DNA from: Balanoglossus misakiensis
Taxonomy: Eukaryota; Animalia; Hemichordata
NCBI GenBank assembly: GCA_040954595.2
Contig: CM082593.2
Span: forward strand, 4,605,434 to 4,669,433
Direction of reading: 5' to 3'
DNA: 64,000 nt
The notes beneath the pieces are model-generated. The model was not told where the DNA came from and made no database searches. It worked only from the letters and a program-made list of their open reading frames with translations. Numbering within the stretch: the stretch's first letter is position 1; the number at the start of each line of letters is the position of its first letter. Shown here piece by piece: positions 1 to 12,927 of the stretch. The position numbers and the translations under genes were made by a program.

Positions 1-3000
1 TCGACTTCGCGAATTTTCAAAATTTGGTGGTTTTTCGACAAAAACCATGGGTTATAGCCCATGAAAATCATCCAGAAATGTCAATTTTTCGACTTCGCGA
101 ATTTTCAAAATTTGGTGGTTTTTCGACAAAAACCATGGGTTATAGCCCATGAAAATCATCCAGAAATGTCAATTTTTCGACTTCCCGGATTTTCAAAATT
201 TGGTGGTTTTTCGACAAAAACCATGGGTTATAGCCCATGAAAATCATCCAGAAATGTCAATTTTTCGACCTCCCGGATTTTCAAAATTTGGTGGTTTTTC
301 GACAAAAACCATGGGTTATAGCCCATGAAAATCATCCAGATATGTCAATTTTTCGACTTCGCGAATTTTCAAAATTTGGTGGTTTTTCGACAAAAACCAT
401 GGGTTATAGCCCATGAAAATCATCCAGAAATGTCAATTTTTCGACTTCGCGAATTTTCAAAATTTGGTGGTTTTTCGACAAAAACCATGGGTTATAGCCC
501 ATGAAAATCATCCAGAAATGTCAATTTTTCGACTTCGCGAATTTTCAAAATTTGGTGGTTTTTCGACAAAAACCATGGGTTATAGCCCATGAAAATCATC
601 CAGAAATGTCAATTTTTCGACTTCCCGGATTTTCAAAATTTGGTGGTTTTTCGACAAAAACCATGGGTTATAGCCCATGAAAATCATCCAGAAATGTCAA
701 TTTTTCGACTTCGCGAATTTTCAAAATTTGGTGGTTTTTCGACAAAAACCATGGGTTATAGCCCATGAAAATCATCCAGAAATGTCAATTTTTCGACTTC
801 GCGAATTTTCAAAATTTGGTGGTTTTTCGACAAAAACCATGGGTTATAGCCCATGAAAATCATCCAGAAATGTCAATTTTTCGACTTCGCGAATTTTCAA
901 AATTTGGTGGTTTTTCGACAAAAACCATGGGTTATAGCCCATGAAAATCATCCAGAAATGTCAATTTTTCGACTTCCCGGATTTTCAAAATTTGGTGGTT
1001 TTTCGACAAAAACCATGGGTTATAGCCCATGAAAATCATCCAGAAATGTGAATTTTTCGACTTCGCGAATTTTCAAAATTTGGTGATTTTTCGATAAAAA
1101 CCATGGGTTATAGCCCATAAAAATCATCCAGAAATGTGAATTTTTCGACTTCGCGAATTTTCAAAATTTGGTGGTTTTTCGACAAAAACCATGGGTTATA
1201 GCCCATGAAAATCATCCAGAAATGTCAATTTTTCGACCTCCCGGATTTTCAAAATTTGGTGGTTTTTCGACAAAAACCATGGGTTATATAGCCCATGAAA
1301 ATCATCCAGAAATGTCAATTTTTCGACTTCGCGAAATTTCAAAATTTGGTGGTTTTTCGACAAAAACCATGGGTTATAGCCCATGAAAATCATCCAGAAA
1401 TGTCAATTTTTCGACTTCGCGAATTTTCAAAATTTGGTGGTTTTTCGACAAAAACCATGGGTTATAGCCCATGAAAATCATCAAGAAATGTCAATTTTTC
1501 GACTTCGCGAATTTTCAAAATTTGGTGGTTTTTCGACAAAAACCATGGGTTATAGCCCATGAAAATCATCCAGAAATGTCAATTTTTCGACTTCGCGAAT
1601 TTTCAAAATTTGGTGGTTTTTCGACAAAAACCATGGGTTATAGCCCATGAAAATCATCCAGAAATGTCAATTTTTCGACTTCGCGAATTTTCAAAATTTG
1701 GTGGTTTTTCGACAAAAACCATGGGTTATAGCCCATGAAAATCATCCAGAAATGTCAATTTTTCGACTTCGCGAATTTTCAAAATTTGGTGATTTTTCGA
1801 CAAAAACCATGGGTTATAGCCCATGAAAATCATCCAGAAATGTCAATTTTTCGACTTCCCGGATTTTCAAAATTTGGTGGTTTTTCGACAAAAACCATGG
1901 GTTATAGCCCATGAAAATCATCCAGAAATGTCAATTTTTCGACTTCGCGAATTTTCAAAATTTGGTGATTTTTCGACAAAAACCATGGGTTATAGCCCAT
2001 GAAAATCATCCAGAAATGTCAATTTTTCGACTTCGCGAATTTTCAAAATTTGGTGATTTTTCGACAAAAACCATGGGTTATAGCCCATGAAAATCATCCA
2101 GAAATGTCAATTTTTCGACTTCGCGAATTTTCAAAATTTGGTGGTTTTTCGACAAAAACCATGGGTTATAGCCCATGAAAATCATCCAGAAATGTCAATT
2201 TTTCGACTTCGCGAATTTTCAAAATTTGGTGATTTTTCGATAAAAACCATGGGTTATAGCTCATGAAAATCATCCAGAAATGTCAATTTTTCGACTTCGC
2301 GAAATTTCAAAATTTGGTGATTTTTCGATAAAAACCATGGGTTATAGCCCATGAAAATCATCCAGAAATGTCAATTTTTCGACTTCGCGAATTTTCAAAA
2401 TTTGGTGGTTTTTCGACAAAAACCATGGGTTATAGCCCATGAAAATCATCCAGAAATGTCAATTTTTCGACTTCGCGAATTTTCAAAATTTGGTGGTTTT
2501 TCGACAAAAACCATGGTTTATAGCCCATGAAAATCATCCAGAAATGTCAATTTTTCGACTTCGCGAATTTTCAAAATTTGGTGGTTTTTCGACAAAAACC
2601 ATGGGTTATAGCCCATGAAAATCATCCAGAAATGTCAATTTTTCGACTTCGCGAATTTTCAAAATTTGGTGGTTTTTCGACAAAAACCATGGGTTATAGC
2701 CCATGAAAATCATCCAGAAATGTCAATTTTTCGACTTCGCGAATTTTCAAAATTTGGTGGTTTTTCGACAAAAACCATGGGTTATAGCCCATGAAAATCA
2801 TCCAGAAATGTCAATTTTTCGACTTCGCGAAATTTCAAAATTTGGTGGTTTTTCGACAAAAACCATGGGTTATAGCCCATGAAAATCATCCAGAAATGTC
2901 AATTTTTCGACTTCCCGGATTTTCAAAATTTGGTGGTTTTTCGACAAAACCATGGGTTATAGCCCATGAAAATCATCCAGAAATGTCAATTTTTCGACTT

Positions 3001-6000
3001 CGCGAATTTTCAAAATTTGGTGGTTTTTCGACAAAAACCATTTGTTATAGCCCATGAAAATCATCCAGAAATGTCAATTTTTCGACTTCGCGAATTTTCA
3101 AAATTTGGTGGTTTTTCGACAAAAACCATGGGTTATAGCCCATGAAAATCATCCAGAAATGTCAATTTTTCGACTTCGCGAATTTTCAAAATTTGGTGGT
3201 TTTTCGACAAAAACCATGGGTTATAGCCCATGAAAATCATCCAGAAATGTCAATTTTTCGACTTCGCGAATTTTCAAAATTTGGTGGTTTTTCGACAAAA
3301 ACCATGGGTTATAGCCCATGAAAATCATCCAGAAATGTCAATTTTTCGACTTCGCGAATTTTCAAAATTTGGTGGTTTTTCGACAAAAACCATGGGTTAT
3401 AGCCCATGAAAATCATCCACAAATGTCAATTTTTCGACTTCGCGAATTTTCAAAATTTGGTGGTTTTTCGACAAAAACCATGGGTTATAGCCCATGAAAA
3501 TCATCCAGAAATGTCAATTTTTCGACTTCGCGAATTTTCAAAATTTGGTGGTTTTTCGACAAAAACCATGGGTTATAGCCCATGAAAATCATCCAGAAAT
3601 GTCAATTTTTCGACTTCGCGAATTTTCAAAATTTGGTGGTTTTTCGACAAAAACCATGGGTTATAGCCCATGAAAATCATCCAGAAATGTCAATTTTTCG
3701 ACTTCCCGGATTTTCGAAATTTGGTGGTTTTTCGACAAAAACCATTGGTTATAGCCCATGAAAATCATCCACAAATGTCAATTTTTCGACTTCGCGAATT
3801 TTCAAAATTTGGTGGTTTTTCGACAAAAACCATGGGTTATAGCCCATGAAAATCATCCAGAAATGTCAATTTTTCGACTTCGCGAATTTTCAAAATTTGG
3901 TGGTTTTTCGACAAAAACCATGGGTTATAGCCCATGAAAATCATCCAGAAATGTCAATTTTTCGACTTCGCGAATTTTCAAAATTTGGTGGTTTTTCGAC
4001 AAAAACCATGGGTTATAGCCCATGAAAATCATCCAGAAATGTCAATTTTTCGACTTCCCGGATTTTCAAAATTTGGTGGTTTTTCGACAAAAACCATGGG
4101 TTATAGCCCATGAAAATCATCCAGAAATGTCAATTTTTCGACTTCGCGAATTTTCAAAATTTGGTGGTTTTTCGACAAAAACCATGGGTTATAGCCCATG
4201 AAAATCATCCAGAAATGTCAATTTTTCGACTTCGCGAATTTTCAAAATTTGGTGGTTTTTCGACAAAAACCATGGGTTATAGCCCATGAAAATCATCCAG
4301 AAATGTCAATTTTTCGACTTCGCGAATTTTCAAAATTTGGTGGTTTTTCGACAAAAACCATGGGTTATAGCCCATGAAAATCATCCAGAAATGTCAATTT
4401 TTCGACTTCGCGAATTTTCAAAATTTGGTGATTTTTCGATAAAAACCATGGGTTATAGCTCATGAAAATCATCCAGAAATGTCAATTTTTCGACTTCGCG
4501 AAATTTCCAAATTTGGTGATTTTTCGACAAAAACCATGGGTTATAGCCCATGAAAATCATCCAGAAATGTCAATTTTTCGACTTCGCGAATTTTCAAAAT
4601 TTGGTGGTTTTTCGACAAAAACCATGGGTTATAGCCCATGAAAATCATCCAGAAATGTCAATTTTTCGACTTCGCGAATTTTCAAAATTTGGTGGTTTTT
4701 CGACAAAAACCATGGTTTATAGCCCATGAAAATCATCCAGAAATGTCAATTTTTCGACTTCGCGAATTTTCAAAATTTGGTGGTTTTTCGACAAAAACCA
4801 TGGGTTATAGCCCATGAAAATCATCCAGAAATGTCAATTTTTCGACTTCGCGAATTTTCAAAATTTGGTGGTTTTTCGACAAAAACCATGGGTTATAGCC
4901 CATGAAAATCATCCACAAATGTCAATTTTTCGACTTCGCGAATTTTCAAAATTTGGTGGTTTTTCGACAAAAACCATGGGTTATAGCCCATGAAAATCAT
5001 CCAGAAATGTCAATTTTTCGACTTCGCGAATTTTCAAAATTTGGTGGTTTTTCGACAAAAACCATGGGTTATAGCCCATGAAAATCATCCAGAAATGTCA
5101 ATTTTTCGACTTCGCGAATTTTCAAAATTTGGTGGTTTTTCGACAAAAACCATGGGTTATAGCCCATGAAAATCATCCAGAAATGTCAATTTTTCGACTT
5201 CCCGGATTTTCAAAATTTGGTGGTTTTTCGACAAAAACCATGGGTTATAGCCCATGAAAATCATCCACAAATGTCAATTTTTCGACTTCGCGAATTTTCA
5301 AAATTTGGTGGTTTTTCGACAAAAACCATGGGTTATAGCCCATGAAAATCATCCAGAAATGTCAATTTTTCGACTTCGCGAATTTTCAAAATTTGGTGGT
5401 TTTTCGACAAAAACCATGGGTTATAGCCCATGAAAATCATCCAGAAATGTCAATTTTTCGACTTCGCGAATTTTCAAAATTTGGTGGTTTTTCGACAAAA
5501 ACCATGGGTTATAGCCCATGAAAATCATCCAGAAATGTCAATTTTTCGACTTCCCGGATTTTCAAAATTTGGTGGTTTTTCGACAAAAACCATGGGTTAT
5601 AGCCCATGAAAATCATCCAGAAATGTCAATTTTTCGACTTCGCGAATTTTCAAAATTTGGTGGTTTTTCGACAAAAACCATGGGTTATAGCCCATGAAAA
5701 TCATCCAGAAATGTCAATTTTTCGACTTCGCGAATTTTCAAAATTTGGTGGTTTTTCGACAAAAACCATGGGTTATAGCCCATGAAAATCATCCAGAAAT
5801 GTCAATTTTTCGACTTCGCGAATTTTCAAAATTTGGTGGTTTTTCGACAAAAACCATGGGTTATAGCCCATGAAAATCATCCAGAAATGTCAATTTTTCG
5901 ACCTCGCGAATTTTCAAAATTTGGTGATTTTTCGATAAAAACCATGGGTTATAGCTCATGAAAATCATCCAGAAATGTCAATTTTTCGACTTCGCGAAAT

Positions 6001-8040
6001 TTCCAAATTTGGTGATTTTTCGACAAAAACCATGGGTTATAGCCCATGAAAATCATCCAGAAATGTCAATTTTTCGACTTCGCGAATTTTCAAAATTTGG
6101 TGGTTTTTCGACAAAAACCATGGGTTATAGCCCATGAAAATCATCCAGAAATGTCAATTTTTCGACTTCGCGAATTTTCAAAATTTGGTGGTTTTTCGAC
6201 AAAAACCATGGTTTATAGCCCATGAAAATCATCCAGAAATGTCAATTTTTCGACTTCGCGAATTTTCAAAATTTGGTGGTTTTTCGACAAAAACCATGGG
6301 TTATAGCCCATGAAAATCATCCAGAAATGTCAATTTTTCGACTTCGCGAATTTTCAAAATTTGGTGGTTTTTCGACAAAAACCATGGGTTATAGCCCATG
6401 AAAATCATCAAGAAATGTCAATTTTTCGACTTCGCGAATTTTCAAAATTTGGTGGTTTTTCGACAAAAACCATGGGTTATAGCCCATGAAAATCATCCAG
6501 AAATGTCAATTTTTCGACTTCGCGAATTTTCAAAATTTGGTGGTTTTTCGACAAAAACCATGGGTTATAGCCCATGAAAATCATCCAGAAATGTCAATTT
6601 TTCGACTTCCCGGATTTTCAAAATTTGGTGGTTTTTCGACAAAAACCATGGGTTATAGCCCATGAAAATCATCCAGAAATGTCAATTTTTCGACTTCGCG
6701 AATTTTCTAAATTTGGTGGTTTTTCGACAAAAACCATTTGTTATAGCCCATGAAAATCATCCAGAAATGTCAATTTTTCGACTTCGCGAATTTTCAAAAT
6801 TTGGTGGTTTTTCGACAAAAACCATGGGTTATAGCCCATGAAAATCATCCAGAAATGTCAATTTTTCGACTTCGCGAATTTTCAAAATTTGGTGGTTTTT
6901 CGACAAAAACCATGGGTTATAGCCCATGAAAATCATCCAGAAATGTCAATTTTTCGACTTCGCGAATTTTCAAAATTTGGTGGTTTTTCGACAAAAACCA
7001 TGGGTTATAGCCCATGAAAATCATCCAGAAATGTCAATTTTTCGACTTCGCGAATTTTCAAAATTTGGTGGTTTTTCGACAAAAACCATGGGTTATAGCC
7101 CATGAAAATCATCCAGAAATGTCAATTTTTCGACTTCGCGAATTTTCAAAATTTGGTGGTTTTTCGACAAAAACCATGGGTTATAGCCCATGAAAATCAT
7201 CCAGAAATGTCAATTTTTCGACTTCGCGAATTTTCAAAATTTGGTGGTTTTTCGACAAAAACCATGGGTTATAGCCCATGAAAATCATCCAGAAATGTCA
7301 ATTTTTCGACTTCGCGAATTTTCAAAATTTGGTGGTTTTTCGACAAAAACCATGGGTTATAGCCCATGAAAATCATCCAGAAATGTCAATTTTTCGACTT
7401 CACGAATTTTCAAAATTTGGTGGTTTTTCGACAAAAACCATGGGTTATAGCCCATGAAAATCATCCAGAAATGTCAATTTTTCGACTTCGCGAATTTTCA
7501 AAATTTGGTGGTTTTTCGACAAAAACCATGGGTTATAGCCCATGAAAATCATCCAGAAATGTCAATTTTTCGACTTCGCGAATTTTCAAAATTTGGTGGT
7601 TTTTCGACAAAAACCATGGGTTATAGCCCATGAAAATCATCCAGAAATGTCAATTTTTCGACTTCGCGAATTTTCAAAATTTGGTGATTTTTCGATAAAA
7701 ACCATGGGTTATAGCCCATGAAAATCATCCAGAAATGTCAATTTTTCGACTTCGCGAATTTTCAAAATTTGGTGGTTTTTCGACAAAAACCATGGTTATA
7801 GCTCATGAAAATCATAAAGAAATGTCAATTTTTCGACTTCGCGAAATTTCAAAATTTGGTGATTTTTCGATAAAAACCATGGGTTATAGCTCATGAAAAT
7901 CATCCAGAAATGTCAATTTTTCGACTTCGCGAAATTTCAAAATTTGGTGATTTTTCGATAAAAACCATGGGTTATAGCTCATGAAAATCATCCAGAAATG
8001 TCATTTTTCGACTTCGCGAAATTTCAAAATTTGGTGATTT
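1..8040. repeat. Homogeneous 88-bp tandem satellite array (~91 monomers in the window; continues off the left edge)
   Basis: Monomer tcgacttcgcgaattttcaaaatttggtggtttttcgacaaaaaccatgggttatagcccatgaaaatcatccagaaatgtcaattttt recurs at 1, 89, 177 etc. (period 88) with only a few recurrent point variants. Confidence 0.98.
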
Positions 8041-8791
8041 GAAAATCATCAAAAAATGAGAATTTTTCGACTTTGCGGAATTTCAAAATTTGGCCGATTT
8101 TTGAAAAAACCATGGGTTATTGCTCAGGAAAATCATCAAAAAATGAGAATTTTTCGACTTTGCGGAATTTCAAAATTTGGCCGATTTTTGAAAAAACCAT
8201 GGGTTATAGCTCAGGAAAATCATCAAAAAATTAGAATTTTTCGACTTTGCGAAATTTCAAAATTTGGCCGATTTTTGAAAAAACCATGGGTTATAGCTCA
8301 GGAAAATCATTTTTATAGCTCAGGAAAATCAATTTTTCGACTTTGCGGAATTTCAAAATTTGGCCGATTTTTGAAAAAACCATGGGTTATAGCTCTTGAA
8401 AATCATCAAAAAATGACAATTTTTCGGCTTTGCGAATTTTCAAAATTTCTTTATTTTTAAAAAAAATCATGGGTTACAGGTCATGAAAATCATTCCAAAA
8501 TGACAATTTTCCGACTTTGCGAAATATCGAAATTTCTTCATTTTTTTTTTAAAAAACCATGGGTTATAGCTCTTGAAAATCATCAAAAAATGACAATTTT
8601 TCGGCTTTGCGAATTTTCAAAATTTCTTTATTTTTAAAAAAAATCATGGGTTACAGGTCATGAAAATAATCAGAAAATGACAATTTTCCGACTTTGCGAA
8701 TTTTCAAAATTTCTTCATTTTTTAAAACAAATCATTGGTTATAGCTCATGAAAATCATCAAAAAATGACACTTTTCCGACTTTGCGAATAT
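8041..8791. repeat. Diverged peripheral layer of the same satellite family (87-bp monomers, then degenerate ~177-bp dimers)
   Basis: gaaaatcatc recurs at 8041 and 8128 (87 bp); shares ccatgggttatagc and caaaattt cores with the 88-mer; agctcttgaa...catgggttacaggtcatg recurs at 8391 and 8568. Confidence 0.93.
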
Positions 8792-9510
8792 TCAGGCCAT
8801 TTGTCCCACTTCTCCTGTTCTGCACCGCCGGTGACTTGAGCTTGACTCGTTGACCTTGTTGACATGGTAAACCTGCAGAAAATAGATAAAAAAAATGACG
8901 TCATTCGCCGTGCCTGGGGACGGATCGTGATTGCACATATGTGGTTCATTTCTATCTTCACGAAACTAGTTACTTACTTCTGTGGAATTGGGGGTAGAGG
9001 GGGTATGGAGATTTCCCTCACGAATGCTGGTTACCCCTCCACAACTGGGGGTGGGGTGGGGGACCAGCATACCCCCCTGCCACCAAATAGCCGAAAATGG
9101 CGTTCACTACAAAGCCTAGAAACGGCAAAGAGAATAACGTACGTACAGTGTGCGTGAGAAACAACCCTTTCCACGCATGTACTATACACGCGGAAATAAC
9201 AGTCCTATATATAACTGATCCCACTGTGCACCACTTCTCATAATATTAAAGATCGTACGTGAATATTTATCCAAGCATTTTATACACCAATATACAACGG
9301 GGAGAAGAATATTCTCCCTCGCTTCAAACTGTACTCTACTGAACTAAATTTTCATAGGTAAGCCTTTTTTGTTAATAGTCACTTTCTCTTTTCTGTCGTA
9401 TACGGATATTTGTTTTAAATTGAATGGTGCTTTTATTGCGTAATATCGACAGGTAAAGAGAACAATTTCTGAAAATTTTCCGTCGGGTACTATATAGGCC
9501 CAGTCACGGC

Positions 9511-9847
9511 ATGGCGAGTTTGCCACGCGAACCTCTCCTGTTGGATGTTGAAGCGGAGGGGAACACACCGAGGATGAAAGGCTGGACATGGCTGGACAGG
9601 TTTTCCCTGTGGATGTTGGGTTTCGCCGTCTACACGCCGTACACTACGTGTGCGAAACACCGACTTAGCCTCGACGGGGCGGCGGCGATGGCCCAAACAC
9701 AGCCAGGCGGAAGTGGTACGAATCCAACGTGTACTGTAAATGGGGAAGGAGTTGGTGGAAAAATGATAACACTCGGCTATGGCTCCTTTGACACCAACAA
9801 CCACTGTTTCTGGTGTCAGGGTGTGCGCCCATCCGACAGAAATTACG
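9511..9847 (+). CDS. 7-TM gustatory-receptor-like/7TMIC-like gene A, coding exon 1
   Basis: ATG 9511; donor G|GTAAGA at 9848 (phase 1); paralogous to gene B exon 1 (EPLL/DPLL, W..L.RFSLWMLG vs WGFITKASLVLLG, YGS, CxxC). Confidence 0.8.
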
Positions 9848-10277
9848 GTAAGATATTCGTCAACTTTGACCGATTACTGTATTGATCAGATACAATCATT
9901 ACACAATGCCCGGAAAGAAATGTGATGTATCATGTCGAGTATTTGCGTCAATGCCTGGGTGAAAAGTTCAACTTTGTGATAAGTGAATTGGGGTTTTCCA
10001 GACTGCTTGCTCCTGGACCATCCAATGTGCTGACTATTTAGTTGATTACTGAAATATAAAACCTATAAACACGAATGCCGGTAAATGAACAACATTTTTA
10101 TCAGGAACTCTTAGCAGTTTCTATGGTTGACAAGACATAGGCTTGTCAGAGAGTAATTTTCCAATATGCTTAATTTGTCATATGCTTAGTAGAGGACGCT
10201 GAATTCTCAACTTTATATTAAAGGGTGGATGTCCCAAACGATCTTCATCTTTTTCTTACAACCTTGATATATTCCAG

Positions 10278-11314
10278 GTATGAAGACATCACCTGGGCGA
10301 CGACAACGCTGCGTCTCGGCGATCTGGCTGTGTGTCTTAATATTTCTGTTCGGAACCAACCTGTTGCAGCGATTAGTCAAGTATTTCGCGCAGCCGCATT
10401 TCTCTCTGTACATAATTTCCTACCTGATAGAATTTTCCTCTTTTTTATTCATCATAATTTTCCGATCCGTGGCGTTTTTGATTCCGTACTGCCCCGATGG
10501 AATGCTGGCCATTTACGGCATGAGTGGGCAGTTCGTCATAAGGTCGGTTTTTGGTTTCAGGGTAGACAACGCCTCGGCAGCTTTCATCATCTTCTGGCCT
10601 CTGTTGAACATCTTTATGTCAACTCTGTATGACATGTACGGAATACTCGTAGACTGTGATGTGATTGAGTATTGGGGGATTTTAACATACGTTTGTGAAA
10701 TTGTCGGCACGCTGGTATTTACTAGCTTTTGGTTCGTGATCTTCCTTCTTCGCAAAGCCCTCGAGTCAAAGTTACAGAAACTCTCTGTGTTTCTGAGAGA
10801 AAATAAAAGCGACGTTGTAGCGAGCAGGCAGCGAATCTTTGAAAGCTTCGTCGATTTTACCAGATTGGACAATATGACGTCATCTTGGGTTATCATGCAA
10901 ATGGCCTTTAATACGTTCACTCTGTCCTGTCACGTCTACTGGAATTACTTCATTTATGTGCACAGCGCCCACCTGGCCAGGGCCAATCTGATAAACTGCG
11001 TCATATGGATCCACATCATCATGAAGTTCACCCTGCCCCTGTTTGCCGTCGGCGGCTTCAACGTCCAGTACCTGTGGACCAAGTTCCTGGCCTACGCCGA
11101 GCGCGAGCAGACGAGCGCCGAGTACTGGCCGTCCTTCAGAATGATCAAGCACCTGAGACCGCGGGGAAACAACGTCGTTCTGACGCTGCTGTTTTCGGCG
11201 CTGGGTCTCTTCGTCTCCCTGAGACTGAAGGGTCAGTTCGCCGACTACTGGAAGCAGAGCTCAATCTGTCTTGCCAGTTATGAAAATTCAACTCTGCTGG
11301 AACAGATCCGCTAG
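10278..11314 (+). CDS. 7-TM gustatory-receptor-like/7TMIC-like gene A, coding exon 2 (total ~457 aa)
   Basis: Acceptor ttccAG at 10276-10277; the phase-1 join gives GGT then the 344-aa ORF in frame; seven hydrophobic segments, long amphipathic TM4-TM5 link, no DRY/NPxxY; clear paralog at 15310-16367. Family assignment is inference. Confidence 0.85.
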
Positions 11315-11658
11315 TTCCCCTTCATGCTCTTGCAAGTAAACCTCGTCAGAACCCGTCAATTTTATGAGGATTTTCTTCGTGTCGTCTCCATAGATTTGTT
11401 AGGTTTATATATATAGAGGGTGCCGTCGTTACTGTAACGTTGTGGCCAAATTAAATCCAACATAGTTAATTGCTTTTTTATCGACAGAATTGTTACTAGG
11501 AAATCGGACATATACCTTATTTCACGCGTGTTTCGCTTTTTTATACTTATTTTGATGTATTTTGTGATATTGTGTATTTGTGTATTTGTGCTTATAAAAC
11601 TACGTGCTCGATGTCTTTGTTATGCAACTACCGCAATGTTAATTTTACAATTTGAGAT

Positions 11659-11664
11659 AATAAA
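11659..11664 (+). promoter_or_regulatory. Candidate polyadenylation signal of gene A
   Basis: AATAAA ~345 nt after the stop codon, following a T/GT-rich 3' UTR-like stretch. Confidence 0.4.
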
Positions 11665-12324
11665 ATGATTTTGATGATCATAATTATCACATTATAAACA
11701 TATGTGATTCACTTTTAGAATTTCCAAAAAATGAATTGCGTTTTTCCTCATCATCAGCCACGAGCGAATACTGAGAAAAAACAGCAGAAGTTATCCTACG
11801 AATAAATGTTGGAGATTTCGTCACAATTTTAATATATATAAAATGTGTCGAAGCTCATATCCATGCGGTATTTGTACTCCAAGACAACCAAGGTACGTGG
11901 CCAATGGGTTTCTGAGGAGACGTTGATTGCTGACTCACCGCGCACAATAAAAAGCTTGATCTGACAAGCCCCGGGGCATGTACGGTATATACGGGAAGGA
12001 TTAACCCGTTGCAAACCCAGTCAACTCTTATAAGGTGACGTAAATCGAGATTAGCTAGGGCAAGTGAACTTTTGATTATATGTATTCAGCCAGCTGTTGG
12101 GGAAGCCATGAAATAATGTGAAACGTTTTCAATAGTCGACACAAAACGGGTAGTGTATGAAGTGGTCCGCTGTAACAAGACAGTTCACGCAAAATTGACC
12201 TAGGCCTAAATCCCTTCTGTGTATACTAGTATTTGCCCCAATCATTCGCGTTGCATGCCACTGCCTGGTAACGGCATATGTGTTCAATATAAACAGACCG
12301 ACCTGATTCAAAGTAACAAGTTAA

Positions 12325-12656
12325 AGGGACAAAGTCTCTCTCTTGCTGCCCTTTATTCTATTAATTATGTTTGATACAAGGCACCGCTTATGTTATTCTA
12401 CATGTGGATATACGTGTATAGTGACTCAACTTTCGACCACACACAACTTCCACCCCGTTTGTAGATGAATAAACGGTAGAGACCGATTATTTATTTTGGC
12501 GAGTTTTTTTCACTCTCGTGTCTACAAGTGGGATGAAATTTGTGTGTGGTTGAACACTGTTTCACTATTATATTCACATGTAGAATAACTTAAACAGTGT
12601 CTTGTATCAAACATAATTAATGGAAAAAAGGGCAGCGAGAGAGAGACTTTGTCCCT
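12325..12656. mobile_element. Kolobok-type MITE with long imperfect TIRs and TTAA target duplication
   Basis: ttaa|agggacaaagtctctctc...gagagagactttgtccct|ttaa; arms stay complementary for >100 bp (attaattatgtttgatacaag / cttgtatcaaacataattaat). TTAA TSD with AG..CT termini fits Kolobok rather than piggyBac (CC..GG). Confidence 0.8.
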
Positions 12657-12789
12657 TTAAAGCCACGAAAATGATTGACAGGCTACTAACATCAGCAGTG
12701 CAGACATTTAAAAGCACCACTTCTTATTTTTGTTTATTTATCTCTTTATTTTATTTGGCAGCTTTCAAAGTTCCGGATAATCAACGGCG

Positions 12790-12927
12790 ATCGTCGTATT
12801 TCGCCCTGGGCACTGTACGGCTGACCTCATTCAGGGGAACTCCCCTGGAAATCCCAACGAAGTTTATGCTATACAGCGCAATTGCAGTTCAGGGTCGGTC
12901 ATTGCGACACCACACCCCGAACACAAA
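12790..12927 (+). other. Probable non-coding 5' exon of gene B (5' end uncertain)
   Basis: Strong donor AAA|GTAAGT at 12928, and a pyrimidine-rich acceptor ttctattcAG 5 nt before the gene B ATG that requires an upstream exon. Confidence 0.4.

Noticed and set aside
1-8460. ORFs in the satellite (1168-1386, 1196-1393, 2791-3057, 8056-8460) and CRISPR-like periodicity
   Set aside because: The ORFs arise from indels or the 87-bp (3n) period of the repeat. There are no unique spacers or cas genes and the context is eukaryotic.
9491-9497. TATA-like tatatag just upstream of gene A
   Set aside because: Only ~20 nt from the ATG, too close for a TATA box plus 5' UTR; the ag could instead be a splice acceptor.
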